A model generated the notes under the pieces. It was not told the DNA's origin, did not search any database, and was given only the letters and a program-made list of their open reading frames with translations. Shown here piece after piece: positions 1-13,137 of a DNA stretch of 60,142 nt (its first letter is position 1; each line of letters starts with the position of its first letter). The translations under genes and the position numbers were made by a program. The stretch is from Nemertoderma westbladi (taxonomy: Eukaryota; Animalia; Xenacoelomorpha): NCBI GenBank assembly GCA_032718475.1, contig JAUCBJ010000180.1, forward strand, positions 1 to 60,142, given 5' to 3'.

Positions 1-87
1 TATTAATATTTACATAATTTCTTTATTATGACTGAATATAAATAACTGGGACACAATCCAATTAAATCACATCAATTAAACCGAATA

Positions 88-657
88 ATTACAAATAATT
101 AATATAAAGGAATAGGGTTAGCTCATAATAATGATCCTTCAATAAATACAAATAATTAATATAAAGGAATAGAGTTAGCTCACAATAATGATCCTTCAAT
201 AAATACAAATAATTAATATAAAGGAATAGGGTTAGCTCACAATAATGATCCTTCAATAAATACAAATAATTAATATAAAGGAATAGGGTTAGCTCACAAT
301 AATGATCCTTCAATAAATACAAATAATTAATATAAAGGAATAGGATTAGCTCACAATAATGATCCTTCAATAAATACAAATAATTAATATAAAGGAATAG
401 GGTTAGCTCACAATAATGATCCTTCAATAAATACAAATAATTAATATAAAGGAATAGGGATAGCTCACAATAATGATCCTTCAATAAATACAAATAATTA
501 ATATAAAGGAATAGGGTTAGCTCACAATAATGATCCTTCAATAAATACAAATAATTAATATAAAGGAATAGGGTTAGCTCACAATAATGATCCTTCAATA
601 AATACAAATAATTAATATAAAGGAATAGGGTTAGCTCACAATAATGATCCTTCAATA
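88..657. repeat. 57-bp minisatellite, ~10 copies
   Basis: Unit AATACAAATAATTAATATAAAGGAATAGGGTTAGCTCACAATAATGATCCTTCAATA in tandem; gives the 19-aa periodic ORF 89..655. Confidence 0.95.
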
Positions 658-2913
658 ATTACAACAGCTGAAAATCTGATTTGGTTTCATTTCAGTGTTC
701 CATATAGGAATGTAAGTATATAGAGAAGGAACCCTGTGTATCCAATACAGACCCCCCTGGGTTTACTGAACAAGTCTGTAACCAATCCACTGGTCGCTGT
801 AATTAATGCTAAATATATCCTTTATAAGGATATAAATAGCTGAACTGGAGATTTTGGATGCAGAATGGAGTGCGATTGTCCAAACAGAGTTGATAGTTTA
901 GTAACACGGACGGACGTACAATGACATAGGGTTGTCGGGTAACTTTAGGGAAACCACAACCAGCCACAGTGGGACCGAGATAATTAGAATAGATTAGATA
1001 AACATATAACATTATAGTAGTTCTGAATGGGAACCAACTCCGTTACACTCAATGTAAACCAATGTTTTATTGGTTAAATAATATAACCAATGGGAACCTC
1101 TGAGTAATAATTAAAACTTTATATTAGTGGATGGACCAGGTTTGTATCTACCAAAGAGACGTAGGAGATACACAGGTATTACTCGAATACTCAATACAGA
1201 TAATATGGGAATAAAATTATCATTTATGTATTTATATCTGATATAAATTAATTATTTTAGATCTAATTTTAGCGAAAATTGCGAGCTCTCCCTAAGCAAA
1301 ATAATTAAATCTTTGTTATTATTTATAATATAAATAAAGTTATAAAATTCCCATAATATAAATTATTCATAAACCTATTTATAATACTGGCCCTCAACAT
1401 CAATACTATTAAATATTTTCGGTAACTGAATATAATATTCTGTAAGATACGGTTTTGAACTGGTGTTATTCAATCAATTGATCTGATCTTTTTTTGAATA
1501 CTTAGTATAGTTTGAGTTTAGAACATCGGAACTACTGTCTGTCTGTAGGGTTGGATTACTTTATTGGGATGTTATTTGTTAATTTGTTGATTTGTTATAA
1601 TTAAGTTTCTCTTCTCTGATATTCCAATATTATATATATAATAATCTGCTTCTGTTTTCTTATATTCCAAATGGCATCTTGTTTGGTTTGCGATTATTCT
1701 GTAAATATAGAAATGAAATAGGTCCATAAAATTTGCATATTATTGAAACTTTTTTTTATGTTACATTTCTTTATATAATATTTAATTTATTTCGAATATG
1801 CACCAAATAATACCCCCCACCAACAGTCAACATGAATTCATTGACCAAGTAGAAAAGGGCGGGAAATTTAAAACTATCAGTATGATAGGCCCTAGTGATA
1901 TAAGGCGGGAAATTTAAAACGATTTCAACATTGAAACTATTTCAATGAAACTAAATAGTACAGTAATAATTTTAAGGAGCATTTCTAACATTCTAAAAGG
2001 AGAAATTTCTTCCTGACTGAAAACCAAAATTATTTCTAGAGGCCTTTGGGACTCAATGTATCTCACCTTAATATATCGAAGATTCAACTCCTTAAATAAA
2101 TCGGATTGTTGGTCTAGTTGGAATATAAGATATGTTGCCGAAATCTCAATGTTAAATAATAATCTGTCCGAGTTGAACTGAAGTTGTTGATTTAGAAGTC
2201 AAGAGGTGATACTTGTCTGGAAAATAGTAAAACGGAAATGATTTCGTATAAAAATTGATTAGCTTATCTAATAATTAATTTTTAACGAATTCGTTTATTT
2301 AATTTTTCACTCACCAAAATGTAAAATAATCGTAATTTTTATCTTAAGTATTTCCCTAAGTTCTAAACAGAGACATTATTTTTGAATAATGGTTCTGGGG
2401 TTGGTTTTTCAACTCAATGTAACTCACCGACGACATATCGAAGCTTGTCTTACTGGATCTTTCGGAGATTTTGAGCTAATTTCATTGAGTTGTAGATTTG
2501 GAAACCTTCTAGATAATTGTCTGAAATATAACAAAAATGAAATATTATGATTTCATAACTTTAATTAGCTCATCTAACAGCTTAGCTTAACAAACTCTGT
2601 GCAACAAATTAATAAACACTTAGTTTGTTGTTGTTATTTAATAGCAAAAACCAATACCGGTACCATTATTATAGAGGTAGGACAAGTAACTAAGTCATTG
2701 TATATGTTATGCCTGACTGCTATACTTACTTTAGTATTTATTTAGTTAATGGCAACCAACTGGGTTTCTTCATTAAATTTACTAATTTGTGTTTGTGTTT
2801 CTTTTTGCGGCAGACTTAATCTATAAATAAATTAGGAATAATAAATGTCTAAATGGCGGTTTAACGGAAAATTAAATCATTAGCTAAACATCAGCTGGAG
2901 AAAACAAACTAAC

Positions 2914-4049
2914 AAACGCCGAGTTCTATGGTACTATATCATCTGTATCAACCACCCTCCGTGAACGCAGATCTCTATGGTACTTTACCAACTGTATCAA
3001 CCACCCTCCGTGAACGCCGAGCTTTATGGTACTATACCACCTGTATCAACCACCCTCCGTGAACGCCGAGCTTTATGGTACTATACCACCTGTATCAACC
3101 ACCCTCCGTAAACGCCGAGCTCTATAGTACTATACCACCTGTATCAACCACCCTCCGTGAACGCCGAGCTCTATGGTACTATACCACCTGTATCAACCAC
3201 CCTCCGTGAACGCCGTGCTCTATGGTACTATACCACCTGTATCAACCACCCTCCGTGAACGCAGATCTCTATGGTACTTTACCAACTGTATCAACCACCC
3301 TCCGTGAACGCCGAGCTTTATGGTACTATACCACCTGTATCAACCACCCTCCGTGAACGCCGAGCTTTATGGTACTATACCACCTGTATCAACCACCCTC
3401 CGTAAACGCCGAGCTCTATAGTACTATACCACCTGTATCAACCACCCTCCGTGAACGCCGAGCTCTATGGTACTATACCACCTGTATCAACCACCCTCCG
3501 TGAACGCCAAGCTCTATGGTACTATACCATCTGTATCAACCACCCTACGTGAACGCCGAGCTCTATGGTACTATACCACCTGTATCAACCACCCTCCGTG
3601 AACGCCGAGCTCTATGGTACTATACCACCTGTATCAACCACCCTCCGTGAACGCCGAGCTCTATGGTACTATACCACCTGTATCAACCACCCTCCGTGAA
3701 CGCCGGCTCTATGGTACTATACCACCTGTATCAACCACCCTCCGTGAACGCCGAGCTCTATGGTACTATACCACCTGTATCAACCACCCTCCGTGAACGC
3801 CGAGCTCTATGGTACTATACCACCTGTATCAACCACCCTCCGTGAACGCCGAGCTCTATGGTACTATACCACCTGTATCAACCACCCTCCGTGAACGCCG
3901 AGCTCTATGGTACTATACCACCTGTATCAACCACCCTCCGTGAACGCCGAGCTCTATGGTACTATACCACCTGTATCAACCACCCTCCGTGAACGCCGAG
4001 CTCTATGGTACTATACCACCTGTATCAACCACCCTCCGTTAACGCCGAG
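2914..4049. repeat. 49-bp minisatellite, ~23 copies
   Basis: Unit GAACGCCGAGCTCTATGGTACTATACCACCTGTATCAACCACCCTCCGT; variant units recur 294 bp apart (6 units). Confidence 0.95.
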
Positions 4050-4241
4050 TCAACACACCAGTCGGGATTCCCTCGCCAACTCGGGGGTCCCGTCGCAAGA
4101 TATATAAATCGTATTAGCAATACTTAATTAAGAAGCAATTAATGGTCAATCAAATAATATAGACTATTGGTTGGAATTTGTAAAATATCATATTTTGTTA
4201 ATTTACCACTCACCGAAAATAGGAAGTCCCACACCCGTGTT

Positions 4242-5375
4242 CTGAGTTTGGTCGATTCACATATCGTGGATTCGAGTTTGGTTGGTTCACATATCGTGGT
4301 TCAGAGTTTGGTTGGTTCACATATCGTGGATCAGAGTTTGGTTGGTTCACATATCGTGGGTCAGAGTTTGGTTGTTTGTCATATCGTGGATTCGAGTTTG
4401 GTTGGTTCTCATATCGTGGATTCGAGTTTGGTTGGTTCACATTCGTGGATCAGAGTTTGGTTGGTTCACATATCGTGGTTCATAGTTTGGTTGGTTCACA
4501 TATCGTGGGTCAGAGTTTGGTTGTTTCTCATATCGTGGATTCGAGTTTGGTTGGTTCACATATCGTGGTTCAGAGTTTGGTTGGTTCACATATCGTAGTT
4601 CAGAGTTTGGTTGGTTCACATATCGTGGTTCAGAGTTTGGTTGGTTCACATATAGCGGATTCGAGTTTGTTTGGTTCTCATATCGTGGGTCAGAGTTTGG
4701 TTGGCTCTCATATCGTGGTTCAGAGTTTGGTTGGTTCTCATATCGTGGATTCGAGTTTGGTTGGTTCACATATCGTGGTTCAGAGTTTGGTTGTTTCTCA
4801 TATCGTGGTTCCGAGTTTGGTTGGTTCACATATCGTGGGTCAGAGTTTGGTTGTTTCTCATATCGTGGTTCAGAGTTTGGTTGGTTCTCATATTGTGGTT
4901 CATAGTTTGGTTGGTTCTCATATCGTGGAACAGAGTTTGGTTGGTTCACATATCGTGGTTCAGAGTTTGGTTGGTTCACATATCGTGGTTCAGAGTTTGG
5001 TTGGTTCACATATCGTGGTTCAGAGTTTGGTTGGTTCACATATCGTGGATCAGAGTTTGGTTGGTTCACATATTGTGGTTTAGAGTTTGGTTGGTTCACA
5101 TATCGTGGTTCAGAGTTTGGTTGGTTCACATATCGTGGTTCAGAGTTTGGTTGGTTCACTTATCGTGGATTCGAGTTTGGTTGGTTCACATATCGTGGTT
5201 CAGAGTTTGGTTGGTTCACATATTGTGGTTCAGAGTTTGGTTGGTTCACATATCGTGGTTCAGAGTTTGGTTGATTCACATATCGTGGTTCAGGGTTTGG
5301 TTGGTTCTCATATCGTGGTTCAGAGTTTGGTTGGTTCTCATATCGTTGTTCAGATTTTGGCTGATTCCCACATCG
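4242..5375. repeat. 30-bp minisatellite, ~37 copies
   Basis: Unit CAGAGTTTGGTTGGTTCACATATCGTGGTT; reads VNQPNSEPRY on the minus strand, with one frameshift (~4441) and one stop (~5160). Confidence 0.95.
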
Positions 5376-5670
5376 TTCACATATCCTATATAATTATCAG
5401 CTTATGAGGTTTTGCTGGAATATATTCGACTATATTTAGTAGATTTCGGTAGTTGAATTCGGAAATGATTCACGGTGTTTTACCTATTAGAACAATAATT
5501 TAATAATTTTAATTTAAAAATAAAGTTACAATGAAGTTGGTGCAAATTAAAATAAAGTTATAATGACAATGACGATGAGATGGACTGATCTGATTAGAAA
5601 GTAATTTGTAATATAAAATCAATTTAATAACCTTATAATATATTATATTTACATTCCACTATACTATTTC

Positions 5671-8600
5671 CTAACTGTCTTTATGTTTTTTTCTAGTTAG
5701 TAATTTAACTAAGTGGCTCTGGTTAGTTTTATTCAATAATTCACAGAATACAATAAAGTCATCATAAGGTCTCCTTTTAATGGCTTCTATTAGTTCGCTG
5801 TTCCTTTGTAAACCAGTCGGCTGATATTTGATCTGCTCAATAAGATTTTCAGTAAGAATATTTCTACTTCTCAATAGCGGTAACAATTCACTCAGCTCCA
5901 TGTTATAAACCAGTTCAACTTTATTCCTCATAAGAATATTTTCAAATTCTACATCAACATTTCCTTTTATCATATCTACTAAATGTTGTTGGTTTGTTTG
6001 TGTTAAACTATCCATAAATACTTCCATAACGAACTCTGATTTCCCTTTCAGAGATTCTATAATGGCTCGGCTCTTTAGTATTTTCGTTTCTCTTGTTTCT
6101 ATAAACTGAATCTGATCATTGTTTAGTATAAAACTTTTTTCGATATATAGTAATAACTCAGTTGGTTCAAGTTTTTCTTCAAATTTTTTTGTTTCAACTT
6201 TTAAATATTCCTGATCCTTCGATTTAACTAAAAACCAAGTTTTATATTCCTGAGTTTCTATACTTGCATTATTCTCACAGGTAATTATTGGTTTACTCAA
6301 ACAATCTGATAGTAGAATAAAGTGGATACAGGATTCATTGTGGCATTTATATAGGCCATGCCTTTCACATTTATATGAACAAGGACATGTTACTTTCAAT
6401 TGAAAATCAACAATATTGTTCATTTTTCCAGCTGATATAAGTTCTCCCAAGCTGTCAACAATGTAATCTTTTACTCTGTTTGCAAAATCAGAATCTGGAG
6501 GACTTATAATATTTTCGTTGCTATCAATATTATCTTTAGGTTTCATAAGAACTTTTCTTACAATTTGAACTTTTATTCTAGAATAATGCCTTGGAGACAC
6601 ATATAGAATTATATCGTGATCAACATCACAGTATATAACTACAGACCGGTAGTAAAGAGTTGGTTCAGATTTAATATTTCCAATGAGATACGACCATTCT
6701 ATAAGGCGTTTTACTAGTCGATAAAATAGACCCTCAGGTAAAAAACCATTAAATGCAATAAAAAATTCAATATCATTTGCTTTAATAGGGTAAATAGGCT
6801 GATTGGCATTCTTAAGTCTACAAGGTACATAATATGATTTATTCATTTTTGACTTTTTTAACAATGTTTCTGATTCGTCTCCATTACCTGGCACAGTTTC
6901 TCCTATTCTTTCACATATTAAATCAAAACGCTCTAGGATTTTTAACATAAAATTTTTTTTGAGTCCCATATTACCCCAGATATCGTCCAGTAGATCCCAG
7001 TGCAATATACCCTTGTCATCCAAATCCTCAAAATATTTCAAATTTTTCCAATTGATATGTTCTTTGACTGTAATAATACTGGCAAACATTGAACTTAACC
7101 ACTCTGGTTTCAATATAATTGTATCACGCAACGATTCTTCATCAAAATAGATAATTCTACCTCTATCATGGTAAAATTCTAACATTGTCTTTAAACCGGG
7201 GTATTCAAATTCTACTTTTATTTCCTTTAACTTACATTCTAAATCTATAATATCAATATATACGTCACCATTTTTAAGTAATTGAGTTACAAGTTTTTCA
7301 AATTTTAAATAAGCCAAAGGAATTTCTTCCTTAAATTTGTCCATTTCTTTAACAATTTCTAGCTGTAAGTTTTGAAGTTCTTCATCTGAATCTGATCTTG
7401 CCTCTTTGCTATTTTCCACAGCAAATGCTTCTTTAACTAAAATATTGCAATGCCATGTGGACTTTAATAGTCGGAAAATTTCTTTAAACTTTTTACGAGC
7501 TAAAATGTTCTGAGTTTCTGGATCTTCATGCAAACTGGCTTTCTTTGTTCCAACTAAGAATACTGGAGGACCAGAAATGTTTGCGCCACTTTCTGAATTA
7601 TTTTTACCAAATGTAAATATATTGCGCAACCAAAAATCAATAAATTCTATATTAGTCATCTCGCTATATATCTTATTTATATTCTCTTCATCGGCTCTGA
7701 ATATAATGTTGGCTGTTTTATCAGCATCTTGGGTAAGATCAAAAACAACTATATAAATAGCCCGTCTACTTAGAAACATCTGATGGGTTGTGTAATAAAT
7801 ACATTGGCCACCAAAATCGACTATCTGTAGAGAAAAGCGACTGTCTTCCTCATTAAATTTAGCCAGAATATCTTGAGGTTTACCAGATAACAATATATCC
7901 TCTATACCTTTTGTGACTTCTGAAGGGATATCATATTTATTGTCCTCAAACTTTGATTCATGTGGCGTTACGACTTTTCCGCTATCAGATATATTTCCTC
8001 TTTCGCTATCTACTGAAATATCTTCTCTAATTTCCTTGCTGCTTTCTATTTTAACAGGCTTACCATAAGAACTGGTGCTTTTATTCATGTCTCTATCGCT
8101 ATTTTCACCAGATATTACTGATAAAGTTGATTGGATGCCAGAAGTGTATATTTTTTCACTGTCCACATTAGAAGCATCTTCTTGAACTTTGAATTCTAGA
8201 ACACTTTTTGCAACTTTCTTTGCAACAGCATTATCTGGATCAGCCTCTAAAATATCAACATTCTTTAAATTAGTCCAGTCTGTGTGTTTATCAGTATCTA
8301 TAACACAATTAGCCACTGAATCAATACCATCTGTTATTGGTTCATTAATATCAAACGGTTGACCAATAAGGGCCTTCTTCAAGCTAGTTTTACCAGCCCT
8401 CTCCTGTCCCACTAACATTAACCGGGTTTTCAATATCCATGTAGTCCCTTTAGAAAGAGCTGCTTTATAAGCAGCCAATGCTTCTGGCCCTCTCGCCAGT
8501 ATCTCTACAGGCAGTTTTTGTTCTTTTATATAATTAATTAAAAATTTTGGAAGTCTCATTCTATTTGTTCCACTTATATTCATAATCATAAGTCCCATGT

Positions 8601-8933
8601 CTCTGAATTTATTAACAATTTCTATTGTTGAAACTTCATCTAAACCCCAAATACTAACCAGATTCTGGGTTGTTAACTCAGAAATATCTGCATCCAGTCT
8701 AAAGTAAAGTTCTTTCTCTTTATCTGAAAGAACATCAACAGTAGATATAATTATATCAGTTATCTTACCCTGGAGTGGTTTATTTATGGGACCAACCCAT
8801 CCAATATACTCAACAATTTCCTTTAATTCTTCAGCTTTCTCCAATATACTTTTCACCTGTTTGATACTTTTCTTTGTTTCAGTTTGACCTTCACGGAACG
8901 TATCAATTACTGTAATTGTGCTGCCAACATCTC
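5671..8933 (-). CDS. ROCO-family protein, last coding exon: helical/winged-helix-like segment, Roc GTPase, COR, Cys/His-rich segment, two CARD-like domains
   Basis: Uninterrupted ORF 5671..8982. Pre-Roc motif LPVEILARGPEALAAYKAAL, P-loop LVGQERAGKTSL, G3 DFGGQ, YTTHQMFLS, G4 LVGTK, COR motifs (IPLAYLKFE, LEFYHDRG, IILKPEWL, YYVPCRL, FLPEGLFYRL). C-terminal duplicated CARD-like units ending F..SL.QTNQ.HL and FCE.L.KTNQ.HL. Acceptor TTATACTTTATGCAG ends at 8934. Confidence 0.9.
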
Positions 8934-8992
8934 CTGCATAAAGTATAATTATTGTTAAGTTGTCTTTCCACTGAGTTGACATCCAATATTAC

Positions 8993-9325
8993 GATGAAAA
9001 ATTCTGGGTTGGAGCAAGTTAAATTTTATTAATCAAATTACAAATATATTTCTAAATATATTTCCTTAAGGCTCTCCAATATGCACCTACGGTCCCTATA
9101 CGTTTCCCTGCCTATGTCTTCTGTTTTTTGGTTACAACTTTTATTCTGTTTTTAGTGAAATTTTCAACAGATAACAAGTCGTACATTACGTAAGTCAATT
9201 CTGCAATTTATATTAGAATTTGTACTTTATTGATAAAGATAGCGCTGAGCTACCGAAATATATTTATAATAATATTTGAAATTTGATTAATATATTTAAC
9301 TTGCTCCAACCCAGAATTTTTCATC
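8993..9325. mobile_element. MITE-like element with ~45-70 bp terminal inverted repeats, inside the intron
   Basis: GATGAAAAATTCTGGGTTGGAGCAAGTTAAAT at 8993 and its exact reverse complement ending at 9325; complementarity continues imperfectly inward. Confidence 0.75.
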
Positions 9326-9420
9326 AAATATAACTGACATCTAAAACTTTCTTATAGTTAATTATTATTGCAAAAAAAAGGTATATAAAAGGTAAAAAAA
9401 GGATTATTGCAATAATAAAC

Positions 9421-9514
9421 GGGGCAATAGGCGGGACAATAGGCGGGAAAATAGGCGGGATAATAGGCGGGACAATAGGCGGGACAATAGGCGGGACAAT
9501 AGGCGGGACAATAG
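9421..9514. repeat. 12-bp tandem repeat (GGCGGGACAATA)n; related copies at ~12030-12113
   Basis: About 7 units seen directly; gives the PPIV repeat of ORF 9324..9590. Confidence 0.85.
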
Positions 9515-9591
9515 GATGGTTAAAATTACAAAAATAAGTTTTTTGCAATATTTCTGAGCCGAAGTATGAAGCTGAAATACAATATCTCACT

Positions 9592-11823
9592 GATACTGTA
9601 TACTGTTAATATAAACAACTACCCGCGATACTGTATACTGTTAATATAAACAACTACCCGCGATACTGTATACTGTTAATATAAGCAACTACCCACGATA
9701 CTGTATACTGTTAATATAAAAAACTACCCGCCATACTGTATACTGTTAATATAAGCAACTACCCGCGACACTGTATACTGTTAATATAACTACCCGCGAT
9801 ACTGTATACTGTTAATATAAACAACTACCCGCGATACTGTATACTGTTAATATAAACAACTACCCGCGATACTGTATACTGTTAATAATAAACAACTACC
9901 CGCGATACTGTATACTGTTAATATAAACAACTACCCGCGATACTGTATACTGTTAATATAAGCAACTACCCGCGACACTGTATACTGTTAATATAACTAC
10001 CCACGATACTGTATACTGTTAATATAAACAACTACCCGCGATACTGTATACTGTTAATATAAACAACTACCCGCGATACTGTATACTGTTAATATAAACA
10101 ACTACCCGCGATACTGTATACTGTTAATATAAACAACTACCCGCGATATTGTATACTGTTAATATAAACAACTACCCGCGATACAGTATACTGTTAATAT
10201 AAACAACTACCCGCGATACTGTATACTGTTAATATAAACAACTACCCGCGATACTGTATACTGTTAATATAAGCAACTACCCGCGACACTGTATACTGTT
10301 AATATAACTACCCGCGATACTGTATACTGTTAATATAAACAACTACCCGCGATACTGTATACTGTTAATATAAACAACTACCCGCGATACTGTATACTGT
10401 TAATATAAACAACTACCCGCGATACTGTATACTGTTAATATAAACAACTACCCGCGATACTGTATACTGTTAATATAAGCAACTACCCGCGACACTGTAT
10501 ACTGTTAATATAACTACCCGCGATACTGTATACTGTTAATATAAACAACTACCCGCGATACTGTATACTGTTAATATAAACAACTACCCGCAATACTGTA
10601 TACTGTTAATATAAACAACTACCCGCGATACTATATACTGTTAATATAAACAACTACCCGCGATACTGTATACTGTTAATATAACAACTACCCGCGATAC
10701 TGTATACTGTTAATATAAACAACTACCCGCGATACTGTATACTGTTAATATAAACAACTACCTGCGATACTGTTAATATAAACAACTACCCGCGATACTG
10801 TATACTGTTAATATAAACAACTACCCGCGATACTGTATACTGTTAATATAAACAACTACCTGCGATACTGTTAATATAAACAACTACCCGCGATACTGTA
10901 TACTGTTAATATAAACAACTACCCGCGATACTGTATACTGTTAATATAAGCAACTACCCGCGACACTGTATACTGTTAATATAACTACCCGCGATACTGT
11001 ATACTGTTAATATAAACAACTACCCGCGATACTGTATACTGTTAATATAAACAACTACCCGCGATACTGTATACTGTTAATATAAACAACTACCCGCGAT
11101 ACTGTATACTGTTAATATAAACAACTACCCGCGATACTGTATACTGTTAATATAAGCAACTACCCGCGACACTGTATACTGTTAATATAACTACCCGCGA
11201 TACTGTATACTGTTAATATAAACAACTACCCGCGATACTGTATACTGTTAATATAAACAACTACCCGCAATACTGTATACTGTTAATATAAACAACTACC
11301 CGCGATACTATATACTGTTAATATAAACAACTACCCGCGATACTGTATACTGTTAATATAACAACTACCCGCGATACTGTATACTGTTAATATAAACAAC
11401 TACCCGCGATACTGTATACTGTTAATATAAACAACTACCCGCGATACTGTATACTGTTAATATAAACAACTACCCACGATACTGTATACTGTTAATATAA
11501 ACAACTACCCGCGATACTGTATACTGTTAATATAAACAACTACCCGCGATACTGTATACTGTTAATATAAACAACTACCCGCGATACTGTATACTGTTAA
11601 TATAAACAACTACCCGCGATACTGTATACTGTTAATATAAACAACTACCTGCGATACTGTTAATATAAACAACTACCCGCGATACTGTATACTGTTAATA
11701 TAAACAACTACCCGCGATACTGTATACTGTTAATATAAACAACTACCCGCGATACTGTATACTGTTAATATAAACAACTACCCGCGATACTGTATACTGT
11801 TAATATAAACAACTACCCGCGAT
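9592..11823. repeat. 35-bp minisatellite, ~64 copies, intronic
   Basis: Unit GATACTGTATACTGTTAATATAAACAACTACCCGC with recurring short-deletion variants. Confidence 0.95.
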
Positions 11824-13137
11824 GCTATATAATGTTACCTATGTTAATGAGTTATCGTTTATTGTATTGCTTAGAAAAGCCCGCCACTGTAACCTGCTCC
11901 TTTCCGTTAATTAAGAAATCTAGGAAGTAAACTGGGGAGTGTTCACAGCCTAGGCTGAGAAGACTGGGGAGTCATATTTGGTGGGGAGTTATCTCAGCCT
12001 GTTACATCGGACGAACTTCCAATTAAAATAGGCGGGACAATATGCAGGACAATATGCAGGACAATATGCGGGGCAATAGGCGGGATAATAGGCGGAACAA
12101 TAGCCGGGACAATAATCAAAATGATAATAATGATAAAAATAATATCACGTTCTAGAATGTTGTTTTTATATTAATTATAATAAATGACCTCCAGCGAATG
12201 ATAATTTAGCGCAATCTTTGAACGCCAGTATTATATCTCAGCTGTTTCTCAACGAAACTCAAAATATATTTATATTTGGAATCCTTTACAACTCAAGCTT
12301 TCTAATAATATGTCATTGTGGCTAATAATATGAGGAATGGCCGTAATGCAATGAAGGCGATATCGCAAACGTTAAACGTATATAAATTCAAAATAGAAAA
12401 TTCTACGTAGCCTCATGTTAAATAAAGTATGATAAAGATTGTATAAAAATAAGGTGGGGTGTGGGTTAGGGATGTCCCTTCTTATCTAAAATGACACTTT
12501 ATTACGGGCAAGGTGTTATATATTATTATAATAAGCCTTTGTTGTAAGTAATGGGACCTAAATATGAAAGTTTTTATTATACATTACCGGTTGTATTCTC
12601 TCTACAGTTACTTTACTGCATTGCAGTACCGGTAGGCCTATTGGTACCATTCTAGTTTGTTTATTTAAGTAGAACTACAAGTTGGTTAAAACGCCATTGA
12701 TACAAACCAATAACAAACAACCTAACAGATAACTGAATACATAATATTATTAAGCTAATTGCTGGTTATTAGTTTATTTTTATGTTACATTTACCGGAAC
12801 CAAACCGCAACTAAAACTATCCGACTACAGGGACTACTGTATGTTGTAATGGTCTATATTCTGATACCCCTGTTAGACTAATTTAAATTTCGTTCCCATG
12901 GTACCCAATATTGGCAGGAGGCAGTGAAGGTAATGTTCAGTTAATCCGCATCATATCGGTAAGTAAATTATTAATTAAATAAAATAAAATTAAATAATAA
13001 TAATTAATGTAATTAATTCATTTAAGTGTTATCATGATTATTACTTACTATGGTACGTGGTACGGTACTGAATTAGACCCTAGGCCTAATTAATTAATTT
13101 AACGCGTTTTAATAAAAGAGGTCTATTAATTAATTAC

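Noticed and set aside
89-655. 188-aa repetitive ORF
   Set aside because: A by-product of a 57-bp unit lacking a stop in one frame; no other coding evidence.
8934-8982. ATG at 8982 as the start of the ROCO protein
   Set aside because: These 16 codons overlap a branch point, pyrimidine tract and AG; splicing from the WD40 exon explains the sequence better.
2914-11823. Regular 30-49 bp arrays as CRISPR
   Set aside because: Head-to-tail units with no unique spacers, no cas genes, and a eukaryotic context.
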